Assembly: GCA_045837725.1 (NCBI GenBank)
Contig: JBEWZL010000267.1
Coordinates: 62,001 to 126,000 of the forward strand
Source of the DNA: Vermamoeba vermiformis
Taxonomy: Eukaryota
Direction: 5' to 3'
DNA length: 64,000 nt
Below are positions 23,001 to 36,425 of this stretch, in pieces. Numbering within the stretch: the stretch's first letter is position 1; every line of letters begins with the position of its first letter. A program made the position numbers and the translations under genes. The notes below the pieces were generated by a model. The model was not told where the DNA came from, did not search any database, and saw only the letters and a list, made by a program, of their open reading frames with translations.

Positions 23001-26000
23001 ATTGCCTATTATGGTAAGTATTTTATTTCTTACGTTAGTCGGGACCGTCGGATTTTGGTTGAGTTTGTTCATTCCACAAGCAGGAATTTGGAACGGAGGC
23101 AGGACGAACACGCAAGCGCCGTTACTTATTACCATAATTAGTATAATAATATGTTTATGAATAAGACTTACGCTCCCAAGTACTCGTCGCCAATGCATTC
23201 GCCAGAGCTGGTGCATTCAGGCTCGCTGGCGCAGGCTCTTGGAGTACCGTTAGCGTTCCAACAAGTCGCGTTACATCGCATAGTTGTCGCGCAATTGGCA
23301 TCGACTGTCACGGTCTTATCGTGCAACAGACAACCAGCAGCAGTAGTGCACGTGGTGCTGTCAGTAATAGACGTGACTTCAATGTAATCGAGACCGTTCT
23401 CTGTAGCGCCGCAGAGCGACGTTGATAAAGTACCGTTCTCAGTGCACTCAGCGAGGCAGTCAATTGAAGCTACTGAGCACGCGCGCCAGTTGCACGCACG
23501 AACGCCATTACAGCTTGTGCTCGACGATTGAATCTCGGTCTGAAAAATAATCCTAAATTAGTTTTGACTTAATATGGCAAGTGAGACGTACCCAAACTTT
23601 GAAACAGTTCGAGTCAATGTATTTGTCGCATTCAACTGGGACTGTGCAGCGTTTGTCGAGGCACTCGAATGTTTCACAGAACGGGCAATTCACTGAAGCA
23701 AAGCCAGGTTGAAGAGACCAACGGCTTCGATAGTCCAATGCCAAGTCGTGTTGACCAGTGCAATCTGTTGTCGTAAACGCTGCCTTCCATTGCTGCAAAT
23801 TTGCATCGGCACCGACATCAGCGACGGGTTGGATGTTCTTTGCAGATTCGATGGTGGTAACGATGAACGGATCAGCTTCGTTCAAGAAGCAGTTGAAGAA
23901 TACGTCGAATTGGGTCTGCAAATCAATCAAACATCTGTTCTTGATTCGATCGCACTTGCGTCCACCGCAATCTTCATCACGCCAGCATTCAATGCCCTGA
24001 TCGGGATACACGCCAAAAGCAACATCTTTGCAGCGACCGTACGTCGTCAACAAGTTAACGCGATACGGCAGCTCACGTGGCGTATTAGAACTGCAGCCAA
24101 TAATGTTGTCACCAGCGACTGAACTCTTCGAGAAGTAGTTTTCAATGAAGATGGAGAGACATTGAGGCGCGTAACATTTCTCAGCTGCTGGTGTCGTTGC
24201 AATGAACGAGCCGACTTCGTACTCCTCGTCGCGTGTGAAGCAAGATGGACCGGTCCAAGATACGTTCAAGTTGCAGCACGGATCCGCTGTAAACTCGGAA
24301 GTGTTCTAGACTTAGATTAATACGATACTTATGGAATATAATACTTATGTACGTACCGCCGGTGCCAAGCAGAAGGAGGTATGAATAGTAGTATTTGCAA
24401 TCGTGGCGTCGTATAATTCTGTCACAAACTCACGACATCCGTACAAGTTGTCGTACATGGAAGTCACGTCAAGCTGCAAAACGTTAACAAATAAATATGA
24501 AATTTCCTTATTTGTACCTGATATCGAATGTCTGAAAGTCTTTGGCCGTGTTGGATCGTTTGTTGTTCCTCGAGCAAAACTTTCATGCCGCCGATGGTCG
24601 ATTCAAGCTTATTAGCGTCGCATTGAAGGTTCTTATCTTCAAATGTGATATTCATTTGCAAAGGCTACAAATAGAGTTATTAATAAGGGCGGCAATGCTT
24701 GAAAAGATTTTATGCGGATTCGCTTTTTTTGTTCTTACGATATGATTCTTATCCACTAATCGGCCAAGGAAATGCATGGTGACAGTTTCAATCTCGTGTT
24801 CGTTCGTAATTGTAATAGTCTTAAGGTCCAGAGTGTAATTCAGCATCACAACAGTCGCGAATTTGTTCGATCTCGCCGGAGCAGGTACATCCAGCAACCT
24901 AAGCGTTATTAGAATAAGCATGAATAATATAGATATGAGTCATACATCATTTGATTGAAGTCGGCAACACCAGCAGTGAATGAAGGACGAGGGAATAGCG
25001 GCACAACATCGTCAGTGGGCGAGACAGTCCAGTAGATCCTGCAATCGTTGTCGGTCGTGTAAAGACGATAAAAGCATCCAAATGATGATGTGCGCAGAGG
25101 AGTCGTGAGCATAGTAGTACCGTAGCTTTCAAATACGTATTGGAAAGGATCGTAACGAGTTAATGGCTCGTAGAAGATCCAACCCGGATTCGTTGAGACG
25201 GACAAATACGAAGTATTGAACGTCGTTTGCGATACTGCAACGTAGAGCTTTGTTATACCAAGGTTCTATATAATAAAATTAGAACAAGTTCGATGTTGAA
25301 AGAGGCGAATCCGCTACGCGTACCTGAGGACAAAGAATAAACGCGTCACGTTGTAATCCACCGCTAAGATCGATGCCACGATAAGATACAGATGCTACAT
25401 CGTCGTTTTGAGAAGGTTTAGAGTCCGTATACGAGAAGTACCTATTCAGAGTCAGATCGAACTTTTATGCGTTTGTGATTCGGGTACGTTCCCGTCTAAA
25501 TTTCGCCAAGACGGTTTTTGTAAATAGGAGAAGAAGATCTTATACTAAATAGGTATGAGAACCAGGTACTTACACCAATGTTCCGCGACTAGAAAAGAAG
25601 CTGATCGGAGTGCACTCCTGCGGCAAATCCATTTCGAAGTAGCGAACGCCGTTCGTATCATTATATGACCGTTCAAAATAAATGAACTCGTCGTCCGTCA
25701 AGCAAGTATGAAGAGGGCTAGTCGGGGTGCAAGGTAATGGCGATTGAACGGGAGCTGGAATATCTGGATGCACCAAAATTCAGTCGGATTTCGTTTGCAC
25801 GAATTTTTCAAGCATTATCGCATTGAAAATTTAATGTAATTGTATGTTATATTAACGTACCATGCACTGAGACTGTTAGAGTTATATTAGCGCCTACTCC
25901 TTGGGCGAAATACTCGCTCGGAAAAGAATAAACCAAAATAGCGATAGTTCCGAATTCGTAGTCGAAATCAGCAGGGCATAATATGGCAGTTTCAGGGCCA

Positions 26001-27077
26001 TATCGATCCGAAATCGCACGCGTATTATCAAATCCTTAATATTAAATATTAAAATCACATTTTGACGATATAAGCGCAATCAATGAGCAAAACATTAAAA
26101 TGGGACACAAATTCAATTATATTATATTGTACCTTCACTATTGTACGTTGAAGCTTTCGCGACGTATAAATCTGGATCTCCGAATTGAGTTTCAAGACGG
26201 ATGTAGGCGAATTTGCATGAGGAGTCGTTTCCTAAGCAAAATAGTGAGTATCTAATAGGGAAATAATAATAATTTTGGTGTCAAGCTATTTACCTAAGAA
26301 TACTTTGAATTCGTGGACCTCATCTGGACCTACGTAAACGTTGTACGGTTGATCCAATTGCAAAGTCTGATAACGCAAGAGTATTCATTAATTACTCCGT
26401 TGTATTGAATATATATATCAACTTACTGATGTAATATTACAAATCGGTCCTACTGGACACGCGCAAGGACCGGTAGCGCGAGATCCCGAACAAACAGCGG
26501 GATCTGTATAATCGCAAGGTGCGCAGCTATTGGCAGGAACGCACGTTCTATTTGTACATTGGCCTATTTAACGAATATATTATGCATAAATAAAGAAATG
26601 GTCCTATATGTGATTTCAAAACGAAAGATTGTGAGTCTAAAAAAACAGCTTACCATAGGTTTTAGTTACAGAGATATCTTCGTCAAATTCTACTTCGAAT
26701 ACGCCCTATTATTAATATTACGTATTAGTTTTTATTACGCGTTCAAATGTCAAAGCAAAAATCTTGGATGAAGTAAATGGGACGTAATAGCGGTCTAATT
26801 GCGAGATTTTTTGTCCCGTTGTTGCAATATTTAATGCTATTATACGTCATTTAGTTAATACGTACGACTGATACTGGCGCGCCAAGCAAGTTTCCAGATT
26901 TGACCTGCGGATCATCGTTAATGAGTTTTTGTAACGGATCTAGCTGTATTTTTTTTCTCGTGATTACGAACTACTTACTTGACGAGTAGCTGAAGTGACC
27001 GATATACTTTGCACATTTGATAATATCGCAAGCGATACGAATAATAAACACAGCGGAAAGTGTTGCATCTTGAACAT
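20008..27077 (-). CDS. Large signal-peptide membrane protein: Cys-rich ectodomain + THH1/TOM1/TOM3-like multi-pass domain + Ser-rich tail
   Basis: Signal peptide MQHFPLCLLFVSLAILSNVQS and many Cys-rich exons. TM block FLVRLLFYLL...ILVELPSFLYFSALSFFVVLW followed by further hydrophobic helices. Not every exon junction was verified. Confidence 0.7.
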
Positions 27078-28859
27078 AAGCCTCGCGAATACAATTAAAT
27101 CATTTAAATTAATAATTGGGAATTGTGAAAATGCCCGCGAGGTACGTTTCACGCTTTAGTTAATTAAGAACAACTGATTCGATAGGACAAAAAAGTGGTC
27201 TCTTGTGTCCGGTGAACATTGACGGATGTGACACCTTTTCCTTCGGAATCTCGATTCTACGAGCGAACGCGTAGTCCCGTGCAGCATATAATAATTTTTG
27301 CGCGTCATATTATCAAGCTATTGTGTTAGAATCAATCAATTTAGAATCAAATCAAAAACGAAATTTGAATTTTGAATTTAGTTTAGCCGGGCCAATAATA
27401 GAAAAAGTTTGTAGCGTTTCCATATAAGTAATTAACCCCAAAATACTAATATCTAGGATTCTATCTCGTTAACAATGAATACAATAATTACACAACCCGT
27501 TAAAATTTCGGATCTCGGTTATTGACTAACGTTGCAAATTCAATGGGGTATTCAAACAATCAACCGTTTGTATTTCTAACTTTTAAAGTATAATTATCAT
27601 TACACGTACCGGAATAATTCACCGAGCAGGTCAGTAACCGTTTTAATCGCATCCGCGCTGACTGTACGGGTTGTTCATTTAATGATTCCAACCTCAATGT
27701 ATCTTCAAGTTAACGTACTGTTAGAGTAGTAGTATTAATACATTATCTGCCATGCATAGTCTTACGTTTCAAAGTCTCATCCAGCGTCGCATTTGTCACG
27801 GAAGGCAAGCGTATACTAAATTTTAAATTTAGGAACTTTTGATATCGAGCCGATCAGACGCGCTTTGAAGAGCAATACTATTGTATTGTTGTATTCCAAA
27901 TACGATACTGCTGCGTGGAAGTTCCAAACCGGATCTATCGATTGAATTGCCTTCGATCAGCAAGATCTGGTTCGCAGAGTGTCAAAATAGTATTATACGA
28001 GTACGAACATACCCAAGAGTATTAATAGATATTCTGAAATGTGCTTAGCAAGGCCATTGATAGTGGGACAGCGAATGGGTCCAGATGTGTCCCGTTATGG
28101 TACATTTCAGTTTGTTTACAGTCACCTTCGCAGAGCTCTAAAAATAGAAATCAATATGTTGTTTCATAAATTTAAAATTTACCTGTAGTATTTAGCGTCC
28201 ATAGTATCGAGTTGCATTGTTGTACGTGGATGGAGCACGTGCACTGCGGCGACTCTCCTTTTGCTGTCTACAAATGGATGGAGTAGGCATCCCTGTGTTG
28301 CTACATAAAAGAATAACACCTCGTTTCGTTATAATCAGGTCTAATAATAAGATAGCCGTTGAGGTACGCAGCTGTATCTGAGCAGGCACGTGAAAAGAAG
28401 ATTTATGCTTGTAATAACGTTCATCAAATGCTAGCGTAAATTTATAAATTAATCTATATCGCAAATTCGAATTATCAAACAGGTTGTTTTTTTCAAAACC
28501 CAATCCAGAAAAAATTAAAAAAGAGGCCTGCTAAAATAAATTGCTGTGGCTTTCAAAGAAAATTCGATAAAGTTAGTACTATATTAAGGACGAATATGTT
28601 AGCTTACGATTAATAAATATCCAAAATTGGTCGGAGATGTGGGCTCCGCCTGTAGGTGCGGAGTTAAACTTATGCAAACTTGTTCAGGTTCTAAAAAGAT
28701 GATCATAATTTGTAATAATTTGTCTTATTACTTGTTGTTGAATATAGAAACTGGTTGAAGAATTGACTTTTGAACGTCAGGATCCGTTTTTTAGGTTTGT
28801 TTGGTTTATTATTTACATTCGTGGCTTAACAATGTACAAATTAATACTATATTATATTA

Positions 28860-31800
28860 TTACTGCAAATCAGCTCTGTTGCAGTCTTGTGGTTCGCGCA
28901 ACTGCGAGACTTCGAACAACTCTACTTCGTTCAATTGTGGCAACGATAAGAACTGTTCTTGCATCGTATCGTTTGTTTCGACGTCATATGGCACCTTTTG
29001 GAAGTATTCAATCTTCGAAATCACCTGGTACAACATGCGACACTTGCGCCAGTTGATCAGACCTTCAGTGAAATCTAAATTGCCTTCTTCAATGAACGTA
29101 AGCTCCATAAGATGTGCTCCCCTAATAAAACGAACATATAAGTATATATTCAACTGTAGTTTTAGCAGAAAATGAATTTTCAAAAAAATTTGGATCTCGG
29201 ATCCATCCAGATCGGCACTACTTGCTAACGCAAGTAATAACCGTATTCAATGGATAGCTTACATATAAGGTATGCACGGCGGGACGATTTGACCGACGCA
29301 TTGTTGATAGTTTCTAAAGCCTCCTTCCATAGACATCGTGCTCTCAAGATCCTTCTGCACCTCGCGATACGATTTGGTCATTTTCTTCGTGTGAGTCATT
29401 CGCGCGACAGCGGAATTATTCAATCCCGATAATACTGCCATCAACGTATGATAATTCTTGAGATCCTTCAAGTGCTACAGGAAGAAATAAAGTTAAATTT
29501 AAAAAAAATAAAATTGATAAAATTTTTCGTTACAAACCTTTGCGAGCTTAACGAATTTCTTGTAAAGCTTCCGTCGCGTTTTTAATTTGACTTCGAGGAC
29601 TAACGCGCTGGCAATGACACTTGAAACTGTATTGAAGTGCTTAACGGTCGCTACAATATTTGGAGCCAATAAGTGCTGCAAAGGATTATTCCACACTTGA
29701 CCGAGCAATTCGTGCGACTAATAAAATATCAGTACTATTTCCAAAAAAGGAAATTATCTTCATTACTAACCTTTATGCGCAAAAAGTGTTTGCTGATCAT
29801 GAGCGTTAATTGCTGAGCTAAGGCCAGTTCGTCCCAAGTCAACAAAATATTAACGGTCGATGACTGCGAATCGAGTTCTGATCGCGGGGAGAATGGAATT
29901 CGCGCGGCCAACGAATCAGATCTGGAACTTTCAAGACCGTATTCCATCTCTTTTTCCTACAATAACCGAACGTTAATATAATTTTGATTATGAACGAAAG
30001 TGTTATTTTCGAAACGGCCAAGTTTCCGCATTAAATGTTAGCAAAAAAAATAAATCACGGTGACCACAAACAATAGTATTTTTTCCTAATTTGGTAATGT
30101 CACGTGGTACTTACTCTTTGTGCGATTGCTTTCAACAAAATGTCAACGGTGTCTTTGTACTTCGTATCAGTCTGTTGTGCGTCGAAAATAAATCGTTTCA
30201 ATCGCTCGAGGAAGCGTGGATTGTCCAAGTGATCGAAATTCCGCTGGACCCAGTAGTTAATGAACACCAACACGCGCAACTTGATCGATGCGATCACGTG
30301 ATCATCAGCGACACTTCGCGGAACGTGCCACCGTTCTATCAACTTGTTCAACAATTGATCCGGCGTTGCAAAACTTCGGTACGTTAACAAGAACGTGTCG
30401 CAGTCGGTTTTGTCTAAAAAAGGAAAAATTAACAATAAAATTCATATAAAATTATTAGATAACGTACTGTAATCTTTTTCAGAAGTCAAAATTTCAACGA
30501 GATAATCCAACGACGCTGCTTCTAATGTTCCGCTTGAAATGTCAATCATCGACTGTGACATGCCTCGAGCACGTGACTCCAAGAATTCTAAATTAGGAAA
30601 GTCAGAATCGGTGGTCCAAAAATTCGATATTTACAATTTTACCTTTTTTGGAATTCTCGACGAGTTCGAAGTATCCAGTGTCGGAATAAATAATTCCTTG
30701 GCCGCGCAAAGTGCTGCTGATATTGAGAATTTTTCCTTTAGCCATATCCTTCTCGTAATACAGTAACACCCATTGGTCACTGTCGCTAGTAATTCCGCTG
30801 TCATCAGGATCGTATCGGAGCGATGCTTGAGTACAAATTTGGTAAATGACTGCGCGGAGTGGATGCGTGAAATAAATGTCCATGTAACGACTCAAACCGC
30901 TCGGCAACTTGATCTTTGTTCGACGAGGTCTGATCGTCAATCGCAACAATTTCTAAAAAAGGAAATGTTAGAACTTAGTGAATTATTGCAAAAATTTTCG
31001 TACCTTCAGCGCTGCACTTGGTTCAGTGAAATAAATTCCGATTTTGACCGAGTCTTTCAAGAAAAAGCCATCAGATCCACCAGCAGTTTCCAAAATTAGA
31101 CCGTAATCTTCATTATGCCATATTTGCAGCTGATCTTCGTTGAGAATCTTCTGCGCAATTTGTTCTTTGATTTTAACGACGGTCGTTTCAACGTCAATCG
31201 TCATCATTTCATACGTGTCAATAAATGATTTGACTTTGAGTTGAATAGGTTTTTGTCGCAGTTCAATTATGAAATCTCGTTTGTCGAGATGATAATCCGT
31301 TAATAACCTCGTCGTATCAAGCCAAAACTCCGCGACTGGCTTAACGCGGATAATTTCTTCGTCGTCGCTGCCGTAGCTTCCCGTGAGGCTCAACGAGACT
31401 GACGGAGAAATTCGTTCCATGCTGCGCGACTTGTCTCTCCTTTTTGAGTAGTCTTTTTTCACGATGCAGTACAGCGCGTAGTCTGATTCGTGATAGGTCG
31501 ATATGTGTTGTTCGTCCATCATCGCTAATTTGTTCAAAACTGCCTTGAGGAGATCATCTGCAAATAATTCAATAAGTCACGTGTTGAAAAATTTATCGTA
31601 AATTTCATTTTCAAATCGCAAAGATTCACGCTAAAATAATATTTCCTAATAAGGAAGGTATAGTACGTACTGACAGTGAGTGCGCCTTCGTTCAATTTCT
31701 TTTGCAAAGAACTGCTTCGAGAGCGTTCTAACGGTGAGGAAGTTGAAGGACTGTGATTGGTATTGTTGCCAGTGTTGCTATTTTCTTCAGACGAAATGTT

Positions 31801-34800
31801 CTCGCCCGATTTGTTCGTGATCATAAACCTGGATCCGCTATGACGCCGAGAGGCCTTCTTATTTTCTATAGAGAATAAGCCATACATTAATATCACCGGT
31901 GTTTTAAGTAAATTATAGTCGTACCTTCATTTGAGTCGGTATCGTTGGGAGATCTTGGTGAAGATCCGGATCTGCTCCTTGAACTATCGCTTCGCGACGA
32001 TGAAATAGGGTCTAATACTACAGTCACTTCTTTGTTCCTCTTCGGAATATACACGCGAATAGTCCATTGTCCTGACGGTGATCTTGGGCTATGAAGAATT
32101 TGCCTACGTGAAGCAGTTAGTTTCGGCAATAATATTTCCTTATATAGTAATGCTTACTTTAATAAAGGCTCGTCAACGGGATCGTATTCTCGGGTAGATT
32201 TCGTGGCTTCTCGATATACAGCAACAGCGTTTCTAATCTTGTCGACAATGCGTTCAGAACCATGTGACTGACACGCATTTTCAAAATCAAGGCGCAGTTG
32301 TCGTTCAAAAATATCGATTTCTTCGAGCACGTGTTGACCAATCTCCGATGATTTATTCTTTTCCGCTCTTTTTCGGAGTTTCTACAAAAAATATGAGATT
32401 TCATTCATTCATGAAAAAAACTTGTTTAAATTTACCTTTGTTGTTCGTAGAATTCCCATGCCGATCAGATGAGTTTCCATCTCGAATCGAGATTGCAAAG
32501 TTTCGCACTTCTCGAGCAAAATATTCAATAAAATCAACGAGCCTTTGATGTTCGCTTGCTCGTCGGGGTTGTCTCCGGCAATTTCCCGATATAGTAATGC
32601 TAAAACAATAGGACTACCGTACGAATTTACAATGTGCATAATAGCTTCAACAACGATCCTAGTAAAATTAAATTTAGACTGAGATCCACTTATGACCAAT
32701 GTAAGATCCGGAACTTACTTTTGATAGATGCCACCGACCGCTGATATTTTTAGCAATGCGTATAAGCAGCCTTTTCTTACGAGTTCATTGCGCGACATCA
32801 AATTCTCGACGATAGCTTTCAGCGAATCTGATAGCAGTAACATGGACTTTAAGTCACTTTTAAGGAGCACGTTAAATATTCGCAAAGCTTCAATACGCGC
32901 TCCTTCTTCCTCAGTAGTACTAAATAATATTCATTAGTACCGCACAAATTTTTTTAAATGAGTTCAAAGCTGCATCCGGATGCAGCTAATATTTGCATAA
33001 TTCAAGACTTACTCGTTCTCTAATGGCCTTGATAATACTTTAAATAACACGCCAACACCACCTTCGGTAACAAACTCGTGTAGCCACTCAGCAGAGGCGA
33101 GGGACAAAATTTTGATCCGTAATGAGAAAAGATCCTAAAAAGGAAATTTCAGTTAGTGTACTGCCGTAATTAAACCAAATTCGTACCTTTTGCGACGGAG
33201 ATTCGGATAATTTGTCAATCCAGAACTGCACCGCGTCATCAGGATTAAGGCTTTTTCTTTTGCTAGTCTGATCCGATGTACGAGATCGTTGGCGTGGAGC
33301 ACTAATCCTGTCACGTGTGTTTGCAGCGGATTTGCTAAAAATAGAAGTGTCAATTGTGAACTTGGGAAATGACATGGATTAAGGTGGAACAATAATAAAA
33401 ATTTTATCAGCTAATTATGCAACAGGAATTTAAATCTTACCCAGCACTTATTGAGCGTTCAGTGCCTGTAGAATTCATCGGGGAAATTCGTCGCTCAGAT
33501 GAAGATGAACGGCTATCGGTTGGCGAATCCGTCGGAGTTGCATCCGAACTCGAGTCTTGGCGGTTGTGCAGTACTGTCACTTGCTTCGTTGGCGATTTGC
33601 GCGACGATCTATCGGCAATTTGTTTCATGCTACTAACGCGCTGCAACATTTTTGGAGGACTTTTGCCACGCTTAGGCTAAAATTGAATCACATTAGTAAA
33701 CTTGAATAATGCCAAAAGTCTAAAAAAGAAATTTTGTGCTGCTAATAATTGAATGCATGATGATAAATAGCTATATAAGGCTATACGTACTGATTTCGGA
33801 GTTTTGATGGATCTGCTGGGACTCTTATCTTTTAGATCGATATTATCTTTTTCTTTATCTTCGTCTTTCTTCTCTTCTCTAAGTGTAACGAGAGTTCTAT
33901 TGCTTTTAGCGTTCTTTAATTTCCCAGGACTGTTTGGAGTTTGCGGATCGTTTCTCTAAAAAAAGCACATCCAATTAACGCTAAGTATCTCTAATGAAAT
34001 TTCTTTACTTACCATTAGATTCAAGCTGCTACCTGCATATTGATTTAAGAACTCCCATTTCTTTTTGAATTCCAAGTCGTTCAAGTACTGGATCGTCTTC
34101 TCCGTAAAATCATGGCGTTTCTTTAAATGAACATTAGTAACGTAGATTATAAGGAGGATAACGTACTAATAATCCATTAAATGAGTTTCTAAAGGCCTCT
34201 TCGTCTATTGGCGCTGCGAGCTGCATGCTTGGTGACGCAGTAAATCTCGGCAGTCTTCCGGCGGATGCGACACGAGTAAATAAATTCTTCTTGGAATCAA
34301 TAGGCAGCTTTGTCTGCTCACTGTAGAATTGAAAATAATAATTAAAAATTATAGTGTTGCGATTTTAGTTTTTTGGCTTGATTGCCATTATTACGAATTC
34401 CAAAAAAGGAAATTTAAATGCAAGATAATGAACTGGAATAAAAAATGGATAGTGGCGGGCATTCAAATTCCCACAGAACTGATTTTTTCGACGAATCAGC
34501 ATCAGATCTCCGGTGCGATCCATCGGAAAAAAGTCCTAGAAAGTTGAATGCCCTGCCACCTGAGAAATAATAGTAGTAAAATAAATAAAAACATTACCTT
34601 TTAGAACTCGATGCTAGTTTTTGCAGATGATTCAAAGCGCCTTGCGCTAAATTATTTTGAAGCAGCGGTTCAAATTTGTTGCTGGATAAACTGAGCGCGA
34701 TCAGGTTCTGCAAAAATCTATAATTCTTCAATGGCTTTGGAATAGAGCTCATGCGATTATGATGCAAGAACAACCAATGAAGTTTTTCCAACTGATCGAA

Positions 34801-35884
34801 TCCATCCGGTAACGTCTCCAACTCGTTGAACTCGACTAAGTATATCAATGTTAAAACAGCGATAATATTAATATCAAAAATCGCTAGTAATCCTAAATCT
34901 GGCGATAACTTACGAAACAGCTTTTTTAGGGATTTGAGCTCCGAGAATGAGGCTGGAAGAGCGGATAATTTGTTCTCGTGTAAATAAAGCTCTTCTAATT
35001 TGGTCAATACGCCAAAATTGTCGGGTAAGCTCGTAATCTTATTGCATTGGAGTTTCAGAACTTCGAGTTGCAACAGATTCGCTACAAAGATCGATCAGTT
35101 TACGATCATTACCAATCGCCAATTAAATATACTACGTACTGATATGAGATGCCTCATCAAAGCTATTATGTTGTAATTCTAGCACGCGTAATGTGGTTAA
35201 TTTAGATAAAACCGCGCCGGATTTCGAAATAAAATTCATGCTGAGGTTTAGGTGCTCCAAAGAATATAATCGTGTCAATACTATCGGTAAATCTTCGAAA
35301 TAATTCCTCTGCAAATTCAACATCTTCAACAGGGTCAGATTCGTAAAGTTCTGCGGGAGTTCTTTTAGCTGATTCATGCTGAGATCGAGGCTGGTAAGAG
35401 AATACAACTCCGCAATTGGTTCCATAAAATTCTTGATGCCATTTCCTTGCAAATTTAACGTTTGTAAGCTTGGTAGGGATCTTGCCAACTTGAAATTAAT
35501 TTTTGTAACGGAATTGAAAGACAGATCGAGGCTATGAAGCTGCAAGAATTCCAAAATGACTACTGGAAATGTTTCTATTTGATTCTTCGATAAATCTAAC
35601 GTTTTGAGGTTGGTCAGGTCTTTCATCTTCAGCGGCAAATCTGGTAGCAGATTTCCTTCCAATTCCAAATGCATTAAATTCGTCAATAAATATACATCCT
35701 TTGGTAATCTTGTTAATCCACAATTTTTGATGCTAACGCTTCTTAATTTTGGCAGTTGTGAAATTATCTCGTCGATCTTGGGTAGTTTCTTCGCTGATCT
35801 GCTAGCAGCAACATTTTCTACGACGAGTTTCTCTCCACCGTGCAGCTTCGCAATATCTATTGCATGCGAAAGCGCGCTGCCCAT
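28860..35884 (-). CDS. LRR - GBD/FH3 - REM - RasGEF protein (Dictyostelium RasGEF-L-like architecture)
   Basis: The LRR exons start MGSALS. The donor at 34597 splices in frame to the acceptor at 34321 (SKSEQTKLP...). Formin-GBD-like motifs follow (FNGLL..KKWEFLNQY, WLHEFVTEGG), then REM (FLLTYRSF) and CDC25 motifs (LAQQLTL, NYHTLMAVLSGL, PPCIPY, EEGN..LINWRK). Confidence 0.8.
34452..34559. repeat. Imperfect inverted repeat (MITE-like) inside a RasGEF intron
   Basis: GTGGCGGGCATTCAAATT at 34452 is complementary to AAGTTGAATGCCCTGCCAC ending at 34559. An inner GATTTTTTCGA / TCGGAAAAAAGTC pair is also present. Confidence 0.5.
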
Positions 35885-36425
35885 GGTAATTTAAAAATTA
35901 TTTGATCTTCGGAGCTCGAAAAGAGTTTGATCTACTCGTCAAATAACTTCGGTGACCAATTGTACACGAGTTTTCTGGTTATACATAATATTTTTAGAGC
36001 ATAAAATGACCTGTTTCACAACCGCCATTTAAAAACGTCATTTTTCAATGCGGAGATTTACGCTGAGATTTTTAATAAATTGCTAGTTTGTGCGAAGCTG
36101 GTATACGCCAGAAGTGTTATTTAATACTGCGGGAATACCCACCAGCGCTATACTATTGTTACATTGGTTTTACGTGGAACAATTGTCAAAGCAATGGCAA
36201 AGCCCGCCAAAATGTAATTTATTCGTTGTGCGCTGAATATTTTTGATTGATTTCATTTATTTTTTTTATATTAATAGCAACAACTTAGATGCTTGATCCC
36301 TGCCCGATCCGGTGTTATAGTGGAATTTGTCTTTGCAAATAAATACCGCTGATCAACAGGTACCCTTTGCGAGATAAACGATAAAATCATTTACGTTTTT
36401 ATTAAAAGTTTATTGAGATAGAAAA

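Noticed and set aside
26778-28093. Recurring GGGAC...GTCCC short inverted motifs
   Set aside because: Too short, with unrelated interiors; cannot be separated from chance.
27600-28503. Possible small spliced gene between the membrane protein and the RasGEF
   Set aside because: Splice-like signals are present, but I could not build a stop-free model or recognise a domain.
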